Below are positions 18,378-26,001 of a stretch of DNA of 32,000 nt, piece after piece (the first letter of the stretch is position 1; the number at the start of each line of letters is the position of its first letter). Position numbers and translations under genes: made by a program. This DNA is from Candidatus Saccharimonadota bacterium. Its GTDB lineage: Bacteria; Pseudomonadota; Gammaproteobacteria; Johnevansiales; Johnevansiaceae. The stretch spans positions 300,001 to 332,000 of the forward strand of contig NC_018677.1 in assembly GCF_000300075.1 (NCBI RefSeq), in the 5' to 3' direction. A model generated the notes under the pieces. It had not been told where the DNA came from. It saw only the letters and a program-made list of their open reading frames with translations, and did no database searches.

Positions 18378-18398
18378 TTTTTTTTTTTTTTTTTTTTT
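18378..18398. repeat. Homopolymer T(21)
   Basis: Counted directly. Lies about 60 nt downstream of the rsmH stop. Confidence 0.95.
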
Positions 18399-18820
18399 AC
18401 TCTTTTTTATGCTTTTTTTGTTATATCTAATAATTGATTTTATGTTTTTTTATTTATGTGTTGATATTTTTTTTTGCTTTGTTTGCTGTGTTTTGTGATT
18501 TGCGTTTGTTTTATGTGTTTTTTATTCATTTTATTTGTTGTTTTTAGCCTGTTTAGATTTTGTTATTGCTTTTTGTGTTTTAGTTTTGATGTTATTTGTT
18601 AGTTTAGATGTTATGTCAATTCAAAAGTATGTTGTATAGTTTAAAAAGAAGTAAAATGTGCTTATGTAAGTTGTTTAGTTTAAAAGCTTTTAGATGTTGT
18701 TTAGAGTATAGCGATTATGTTTTGATTTTGGTGTTTTGTTGTTAAATTGGTTTGTGTTTAGTTATTATAATAAAAATATGTTTGTTGTTAATTGAAAGTT
18801 TTTGCTGTTAGTTAATTTTT

Positions 18821-18876
18821 TAGCTTTTAGCTTTTAGCTTTTAGCTTTTAGATGTTAGATGTTAGATGTTAGATGT
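18821..18876. repeat. Heptamer array (TAGCTTT)x4 (TAGATGT)x4
   Basis: Eight units in a single unbroken 7-nt phase. Confidence 0.95.
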
Positions 18877-19585
18877 TGTATTAAAGATGTAAGCGTTTAT
18901 TATATTTGAGTCTTGATATTTGTTATTGTATTTTTGTATTTTTTTTAATTTATTGGTTTGGTTTGTTTAAGATGTTTTAAAAACTTAATTGTTTTAAAAG
19001 TATGTTGTATTGGTGTATAATAAATGTTCACTAGTTAGTTGTATGTTTGTTGTTTATCTTTAAGGTTAAATAAAAAAAGTTGTAAGTTAGATGAAGGTTG
19101 TTTAATGCACGTTGTAGTTTGTATGTTAGAGGTTTAAAATGTTTGCTTTTATTAGTTGTTAGTTGTTATTTATTATTTATTAGATGTTGTTTGTTAAAGC
19201 AAAGATTTTTGACTTTGTATGTAAACTAAATAAGATTGTTGTTTAAGATCAAAAAAGTTGTATAACATTAAATAAGTTTAAATGTAAGAAGATTAGAAAA
19301 TAGAGGGTAGTAGTTGTTATTGTTAAGAGGTTAGTTATTATTTTTTAAGAGGTTTAAGGTTGCTTTAAAGATTAAAGTTAGGTTTGAGGTTTATTTATTA
19401 GAGGTTAGAAGTTTATTAATTGTTTAGTTAGTAAAGAAGTTTGTGTTATACTAGAAAGTTTAAAAGTTATGGTTTTGTTAGTTGATTGGTAGCTTAGTTG
19501 ATGGTTAGAGGAAGGTAGGTTTATTAGTTGGTAATGGTTAGTTATAAAAAAAGTTAGTGGGTTAGTTGTTGTTTAAATAGGTTAG

Positions 19586-19613
19586 TGTTTTGTGTTTTGT
19601 GGTTTGTGGTTTG
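19586..19613. repeat. Heptamer array (GTGTTTT)x2 (GTGGTTT)x2
   Basis: Direct reading. Confidence 0.85.
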
Positions 19614-19647
19614 TGTTAAGTAGTTGCTTTTTAGAGGATAGAGTTTT

Positions 19648-19766
19648 GTTGATTGTTGATTGTTGATTGTTGATTGTTGTTTGTTAGTTGAGGGTTGAGG
19701 GTTGAGGGTTGTAGGTTGTAGGTTGTAGGTTGTAGGTTGTTAGTTGTTAGTTGTTAGTTGTGGTTT
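19648..19766. repeat. 17-unit phase-locked heptamer array
   Basis: (GTTGATT)x4 GTTGTTT GTTAGTT (GAGGGTT)x3 (GTAGGTT)x4 (GTTAGTT)x3 GTGGTTT. Unit starts all fall at 19648+7k. Confidence 0.95.
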
Positions 19767-19844
19767 AGGTTTGATGGTTAAAAGGTCTTAACAAATTATC
19801 TTGTATAGTGGAAGACGATAGTAGAGGTTTAGGTTTGATGGTTA
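19762..19844. repeat. 19-nt direct repeat ggtttaggtttgatggtta x2 (period 64)
   Basis: Identical copies at 19762-19780 and 19826-19844. A second dispersed pair aaaaaaagttagtgggttagttgtt lies near 19547 and 19851. Confidence 0.85.
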
Positions 19845-20352
19845 GTAAAAAAAAAGTTAGTGGGTTAGTTGTTTAGTTAAAAAGAGGTTGGTGTTTTGTG
19901 GTTGTAAAATATAAAATAGTTAATTATTAGTTGTTAGATAGAAGAAAGGTTGTGTAGTAGTATGTGTTGTTGTAAAAAAGTGAAAAACATGTAAAAGAAG
20001 AAAACAATAGAAAAAAGTATATAAGAAAATACTTAAAAGATGAAAAAAAAGAACGGTAATAAATCAGAAAAGAATATATGTATAACATATAAAAAAAGAA
20101 AAATAGAACATAGATTAGAACATGGTATATAGGAGATGGCATAAGAATAAACAGATTACAGAAACAGAAAGGAATAAAAATGTAAACGTAAACAGGAATC
20201 ATGAATAGTTAGTTAATAGGAAGATATGGGTATGTTATTACTGAATTAAAAATAAAGAACATTTAAAGAAACATATAAAAATAAATAAGTAAAAATAAAC
20301 ATACACCATAAAACAAAAAAAAACAAACAAAACAGAAAAAAGATAATAAAAT

Positions 20353-22902
20353 ATGAAGACAAAAATAAAAAAAAACATATATAATGCAACCCCAGCAATA
20401 ACACAATACCTTAGGATAAAAAACCATTATCACAAAATTTTGTTAATGTATCGTATGGGTGATTTTTATGAATTTCTTTTTGAAGATGCGCACACAGCCT
20501 CTGCTTTATTAAATATTCAATTAACTAGCAAAGGAAAATATAATAATAAACGTATTCCTATGGCAGGAATACCTTGTCATAGTTTAAGAACATATTTAAA
20601 ACGTATTATCACAGCAGGAATATCGGTTGCTATTTGTGAACAAATAAAAACAAAAAAAACAAAGAAAAGTAAATTGCTTGAACGAAAAGTAATTCGAGTA
20701 ATTACACCAGGCACTTTATATGAAGACAGTTTATTAGATGAAAGTAAAGATAATTTGATTATATCAATAATTCAAAAAAATAATAAATGGGGTATTTCTT
20801 GGCTAGAATTCACAACAGGTGCTTTTGGTGTTTTGGAAGTTGATAATATACACGATTTACGTTTGGAATTAGATCGATTAAACCCTGTTGAGCTCTTAAT
20901 TTCTAGATTACATAAAAAATTACCTAAACTTCCCGTACACAAATCAATAATTAAACCTATAAGTGATATTAATTTCGATTATAACAATGCTTGTAAAGTT
21001 TTGTTTAAAAAACTAAATATAAAAAATATAAATAAAAAACTTAATGCTGGTGTTTCTGCAGCTGGTGCTATAATACAATATATAAATAATAATAAAATTT
21101 ATAATTTAGCACATATTAACCATTTAATTTTTGAAAATAAAAAAGATAAGTTAAAAATAGATCGTATTACTAAAAAACATTTAGAACTTGATGTAAATGT
21201 TAATGGCAAACAAGAAAATACTTTGTTTAGTGTTTTAAATAATACAATGACACATATGGGGAGTCGTTTATTAAAAAAATGGATTAATAACCCTATTACT
21301 AATTATGATTTAGTTTTTTCTAGACAAAAAGGCGTTGAGATTGTTTTAACAAATAATTTCATAGATATTTTACAAAAATATATAAAAAAAATTGGAGATA
21401 TAGAACGTATTGTTACGAGAATATCTTTAAAAACAGCAAAGCCCTTAGATTTAATCAAATTTAAAATTGCTTTAAACGTTTTTCCTAAACTTAAAACTTT
21501 GTTAAAGGGACTATTAATAGTAAATAAAAACAGCAAGTCTATACTAAATTATATTCATAAAGAGATTTTTACTTTTCCCAATATTGCTTTACTTTTAGAT
21601 GAAGCATTAGTCGATAATCCTCCTAACTCCTTTAGATATGGATATGTAATAAAGTCACATTTTAATAAAAACTTAGATAAGTTGCGTAAAATCTATACTA
21701 ATTCAGAAAAGTTTATAAAAACGTTTGAAAACAAAGAAAAATTACGTACCGGAATAATAAAATTAAAAGTTACTTATAATAAGCTTCATGGTTTGTTTAT
21801 AGAAATACCTAAAGGTCGTAAACATAAATACAAAATTCCTAAAAATTATATAAGAACAAAAACATTAAAAAATTCAGAAAGATTTTATACTAGTGAATTA
21901 AAGTACTTTGAAAAACGTTTAATAGAATCAAAAGAAAAGTCAATAAAATATGAAAAAAGTATTTTTAAAAAATTAATAAAGGTTCTTGTAGGTAATATAC
22001 CTTATTTTATAAAAACATCAAAATCACTAGCCACGTTGGATGTTATTACTACTTTTGCTGAAAGAGCTTTAACACTGAATTATTGCAAACCAATAATAAA
22101 TAAAAACAAAATAGGCATAAAAATCATGGAGGGTAGACATCCTGTAATTGAATCTACAACTAACCATCACTTTGTACCTAATAATTTATTTTTAAATCAT
22201 AATAAAAGTATACACATTATTACAGGACCGAACATGGGTGGAAAGTCTACTTTTATCAGACAAATTGCCATTATTGTTTTATTAACATATATTGGAAGTT
22301 ATGTACCTGCTAAATATGCTGAAATCGGTCCTATTGATCAAATTTTTACCAGAATAGGTGGTTATGATGATTTAAGTGCAGGAAAATCAACTTTTATGAT
22401 TGAAATGCATGAAACTGCTAAAATATTAAACACCGCAACTTTTAAAAGTTTAGTACTAATGGATGAAATAGGAAGAGGAACTAATCCTACAGAGGGTTTA
22501 TGTCTCGCTTGGGCATGTTTAGAAAGAATAATACAAATTAAAGCTTTAACGTTGTTTTCTACTCATTATTTTAGTTTAACTCAAATAGCAAAAAAATTTA
22601 AACAAATAACAAACTTACACTTTAGTGCTTCCATCAAATCTAATAAAGTTAGTTATATTTACAATATACAAAAAGGTGCTACAAACAATAGTTACAGTTC
22701 GTCGGTTGCTAGTTTGGCTAATATAGCACAAGGCGTTATAAATAAATCCAACAATCTTATAAAGCACTTTCAAGATCATCAAAAAAGCCTAAATAAAAGA
22801 CATACGTTAATGAAATATATAAAATCTTTTAAATATAAAGACTTAACACGTTATCTAAAATTTATAAAAAGTTTTTTCAAAAACCTAAAAGATATGTTTT
22901 AA
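20353..22902 (+). CDS. mutS: DNA mismatch repair protein MutS (apparently intact)
   Basis: 849 aa. Mismatch-binding GDFYE, Walker A GPNMGGKSTFIRQ, Walker B LVLMDEIGRGT, STHY. No frame disruption. Confidence 0.93.
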   Translation: MKTKIKKNIYNATPAITQYLRIKNHYHKILLMYRMGDFYEFLFEDAHTASALLNIQLTSKGKYNNKRIPMAGIPCHSLRTYLKRIITAGISVAICEQIKTKKTKKSKLLERKVIRVITPGTLYEDSLLDESKDNLIISIIQKNNKWGISWLEFTTGAFGVLEVDNIHDLRLELDRLNPVELLISRLHKKLPKLPVHKSIIKPISDINFDYNNACKVLFKKLNIKNINKKLNAGVSAAGAIIQYINNNKIYNLAHINHLIFENKKDKLKIDRITKKHLELDVNVNGKQENTLFSVLNNTMTHMGSRLLKKWINNPITNYDLVFSRQKGVEIVLTNNFIDILQKYIKKIGDIERIVTRISLKTAKPLDLIKFKIALNVFPKLKTLLKGLLIVNKNSKSILNYIHKEIFTFPNIALLLDEALVDNPPNSFRYGYVIKSHFNKNLDKLRKIYTNSEKFIKTFENKEKLRTGIIKLKVTYNKLHGLFIEIPKGRKHKYKIPKNYIRTKTLKNSERFYTSELKYFEKRLIESKEKSIKYEKSIFKKLIKVLVGNIPYFIKTSKSLATLDVITTFAERALTLNYCKPIINKNKIGIKIMEGRHPVIESTTNHHFVPNNLFLNHNKSIHIITGPNMGGKSTFIRQIAIIVLLTYIGSYVPAKYAEIGPIDQIFTRIGGYDDLSAGKSTFMIEMHETAKILNTATFKSLVLMDEIGRGTNPTEGLCLAWACLERIIQIKALTLFSTHYFSLTQIAKKFKQITNLHFSASIKSNKVSYIYNIQKGATNNSYSSSVASLANIAQGVINKSNNLIKHFQDHQKSLNKRHTLMKYIKSFKYKDLTRYLKFIKSFFKNLKDMF

Positions 22903-23294
22903 CAACTTTGTCTTATAAACTTTCCTTATTTTACAAATAACTCTTTACCACAACTAACCACTATAGAATTTACAGTTACTATTTTTTTACAATTCTATCA
23001 TCAATTTCTTAAACAACAACCTTCTTTTATAAAAACATCTACTTCAATATTCTTTTATATGTCATACTTCTATATACCCCATATATATCCTATCATACCA
23101 ATACTTCTTACACACAGCATTTAAACTTAACAACTAACTTTTTATAAGTATAACAAATTACATTAAACATTAATCAACCTTCTAAAGCAATAACCATTTA
23201 AATTAATGACAAATAAAAAAATCAATGTTTAAAACATACCATCAACCTTTTTAACTTTTAATATAAAAGCACAAACCTTTTCCATTTTCCTTTT

Positions 23295-23347
23295 CCCTTT
23301 CCCTTTCCCTTTCCCTTTCCCTTTCCCTTTCCCTTCCCCTTCCCCTT
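23295..23347. repeat. Hexamer array (CCCTTT)x6, CCCTT, (CCCCTT)x2
   Basis: Direct reading. The complement is (AAAGGG)n with nine G-runs of 3 or more. Confidence 0.95.
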
Positions 23348-23405
23348 AATCCCCTTTCAACCTTTTTATTTTAACCAAAAACCTTTTACCCTTTATTTTT
23401 TTTCC

Positions 23406-23601
23406 AACCTACAACCTACAACCTACTACCTACTACCTACAACCTACAACCACTAAACACTTACCAACAACCAACAACCAACTACCAACTACCAACTACC
23501 AACTACCAACAACCTACAACCTACAACCAACAACCAACTACCAACTACCTACAACCTACAACCTACAACCTACAACCACTAAACACTAAACACTAAACAC
23601 C
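23406..23601. repeat. 28-unit phase-locked heptamer array (AACCTAC / TACCTAC / AACCAAC / TACCAAC / AAACACT family)
   Basis: Units read at 23406+7k with no phase break across 196 nt. AACCTAC is the reverse complement of the GTAGGTT units at 19711-19738. Confidence 0.93.
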
Positions 23602-23694
23602 ATTCAAACCTTACTACTAACATCAACCCATACTATCAGCAAACAATTACCAACCAACACTTACTTCCAACAACTCCTTACATTTACCCATCTT

Positions 23695-23751
23695 CTTTTT
23701 TAACTAACATAATCAAGTTTAATCAAACTCTTTTTTAACTAACATAATCAA
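23695..23751. repeat. 22-nt tandem duplication cttttttaactaacataatcaa (period 35)
   Basis: Identical copies at 23695-23716 and 23730-23751. Confidence 0.9.
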
Positions 23752-23886
23752 TAACTTAATTTTAACTATAAAACTACATATTTTTTTGTTTTGTTTTCTA
23801 ACAACTATTTACCTAACAAACAACCTCTATCTTTCTACTAATTTAACAAAATCTAATAACTTAACAACTAAACCAATAATTTTTAA

Positions 23887-23935
23887 CTACCAGCTACCAG
23901 CTACCAGCTACCATCAACCATCAACCATCAACCAT
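23887..23935. repeat. Heptamer array (CTACCAG)x3 CTACCAT (CAACCAT)x3
   Basis: Direct reading, single phase. Confidence 0.93.
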
Positions 23936-24066
23936 CTAATTTAATACTACCAACATCTAACATTTAATAACTTCTACTTATTTCATATTATATATATATA
24001 CAACTTCTAACATCTAACATCTAATTTTAGCAACATCTAATAACTATTTACTACAAAACTACCAAC

Positions 24067-24129
24067 TATCTTTCATATAACTACTATACTATATACTACT
24101 ATTATCTTTCATATAACTACTATACTATA
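24067..24129. repeat. 27-nt tandem duplication tatctttcatataactactatactata (period 36)
   Basis: Identical copies at 24067-24093 and 24103-24129. Confidence 0.9.
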
Positions 24130-24311
24130 ATGTATCAATATAAATCAGTTTATATCTTAAATAAAATACAACAAATAATGAAGTAACTAATTCAAATACA
24201 AAGTTATAACATATAAATACTATATTTAAAATAATATAACTTGGTGCTTTAAACTAATAACTACTGTATTACATATTACAAAACATATAAATACAAAGTA
24301 CAAACAAATTA

Positions 24312-24484
24312 CTAACAACTAACAACTAACAACTAACCTAACACCTAACACCTAACACCTCAAACCTAACAACTCTAACCTAACACCTCAAACCTCAAAC
24401 CTCAAACCTCAAACCTAACAACTCTAACCTCTAACCTCTAACCTCTAACCTAACACCTAACACCTAACAACTCTAACCTCTAAC
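24312..24484. repeat. Heptamer arrays: (CTAACAA)x3, one 5-nt phase slip, then 21 phase-locked units of CTAACAC / CTCAAAC / CTAACAA / CTCTAAC
   Basis: All 21 units from 24338 to 24484 were read individually. Confidence 0.95.
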
Positions 24485-24494
24485 TGATAACAAT

Positions 24495-24526
<32 letters not shown>

Positions 24527-24562
24527 ATAACAACTTTAAAGCAAAACTCAAACATCTATTAA

Positions 24563-24590
24563 CTAATAACTAACAACTAACAACTAACAA
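24563..24590. repeat. Heptamer array CTAATAA (CTAACAA)x3
   Basis: Direct reading. Confidence 0.9.
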
Positions 24591-24945
24591 TTTACAAATA
24601 CAAACTATTAAACAAAAAAGCATCAATTAACTAACAACTTTTAATCTATTTTTTTTAATCTAACCTCTAATAACAAACATCAAAAACTTTAACTCAAAAA
24701 TCAACAATACAAAACAGCAAACATAACCATCAACAATACAAACTCTAAACTTTAAACAAAAATATAACAAATAACACAAAACTGAAAAATACTAGTAGAA
24801 AACAACGAAAAAAGAAAACCTAAAAAGCAATAACAAAACACCTAACTGCAACTACAAAACTAAAAAACAGCTAACAAACAACAAACAACACATAATATAA
24901 AGAGAGATAAACCCAAATATTAGATATAACAACAAAAATATTTGT

Positions 24946-25059
24946 AATAATATACGACCAGTATTAGCGGTAATAAAGTCAGTACCAGCGGTAATATACG
25001 ACCAGTATTAGCGGTAATAAAGCTCCATAGACCAGTATTAGCGGTAATAAAGTCAGTAA
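24946..25059. repeat. Three and a half direct copies of a 22-31 nt unit (core accagtattagcggtaataaag)
   Basis: Core at 24957-24978, 25001-25022 and 25031-25052. A shortened copy accagcggtaata at 24984-24996. Copies 1 and 2 share 31 nt and copies 1 and 3 share 29 nt. Confidence 0.9.
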
Positions 25060-25479
25060 TATATGGAGTTGTTTTTTTGAGCCAATTTAAATGAAGAATC
25101 TGTACATAAATAATCAGGTAAGTCAAAAAAAGTAAAAATGTAAGTTTGTCCATAATAGTATTGGTTGACACATTCTATAAAAATACATTAATAAACCACT
25201 TGAAAACGATGTAAATGCAAAATCTCTATCACTTACTGCATCGAAAAATTTTTATAAGATCAAAACATAGTAGCTTTTTAATTAAGGCACAAATTCAAGT
25301 TGAATATGTAGTTACAGCAGATCATATCCTAAAGGTAATATATTTATTATTTTCCGCCAATCTAAAAATACGTAAATAAGCTCTAAATAGCTTTTAATTT
25401 TAAGCTAATACATGATGGCAAAAAGTAATTGTGTGCTGTGATGATTGTAACTGATTTTATCCAGTTAATATAGTATAAG

Positions 25480-25514
25480 AATCACTAATCACTAATAGCT
25501 AATAGCTAATAGCT
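25480..25514. repeat. Heptamer array (AATCACT)x2 (AATAGCT)x3
   Basis: Direct reading. Confidence 0.9.
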
Positions 25515-25922
25515 ATTTTTCTTAAAGCTGGTCTTAACTTTAGTTAGTTAATGCATCTATTTTTTTTCTTAAATTAAGATGAATAGCTGTAGAAAACAAT
25601 CACATATATGCATTTTTTTTTCAAAGCTTTCTATTCTTTATTATTTTGCTAAACCACTTTATATTCTTTCTTAATACAACTTTCAATTACTTTTTATTCC
25701 TTTTTTTATACTTTTACTTTCTTTTCAACAACTAACATTTTTCTTATTGTTGTATTTTTTATATTTACGTTGATATCATACCAATAAATACGAAAATAAA
25801 ACTTATAGAATTTAACTACGAAATTATCAGTATAAAAATTAAAACAGCTACGTCTAATCAGGTTATTTTAACGTGTTCATTTTAAATTTTGCTATATGCT
25901 ATTAAGTTTATATTATATATAA

Positions 25923-25995
25923 GCCGGAGTAGCTCATATGGTAGAGCACCGCATTCGTAATGCGAAGGTAATAGGTTCAATTCCTATCTCCGGTA
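25923..25995 (+). tRNA. tRNA-Thr (anticodon CGU)
   Basis: Manual cloverleaf: acceptor gccggag/ctccggt, loop ttCGTaa, T arm atagg-ttcaatt-cctat. The anticodon arm and variable region (cgcattcgtaatgcgaaggt) are identical to E. coli tRNA-Thr(CGU) as I remember it. Confidence 0.88.
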
Positions 25996-26001
25996 AATTA
26001 A

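Noticed and set aside
19690-19710. (GAGGGTT)3 as a telomere-like or G-quadruplex element on the + strand
   Set aside because: There are only three GGG runs, and the following units carry GG only, so it is below the four-tract requirement. The resemblance to TTAGGG-type repeats is superficial.
19927-20202. 91-aa minus-strand ORF in the spacer upstream of mutS
   Set aside because: It is the complement of a purine-rich tract. The product is almost pure F/Y/L/I/S low complexity with no recognisable motif, so it is most likely a composition artefact.
24127-24145. dif-like sequence (ataatgtatcaatataaat) near the proposed terminus
   Set aside because: Only the ATAA-TGTAT core resembles the dif site as I remember it. 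The XerD-arm half does not match. AT-rich DNA yields such partial matches readily.
23406-24484. Possible CRISPR array
   Set aside because: The units are 7 nt and directly abutting, with no unique spacers. No cas genes are present. These are microsatellite-type arrays.
24920-25171. 83-aa minus-strand ORF overlapping the iteron-like repeats
   Set aside because: The internal peptide repeats (ITANTG...) simply mirror the DNA direct repeats. No recognisable domain is present. I treat it as non-coding, though it is flagged in the findings for its DNA repeats.
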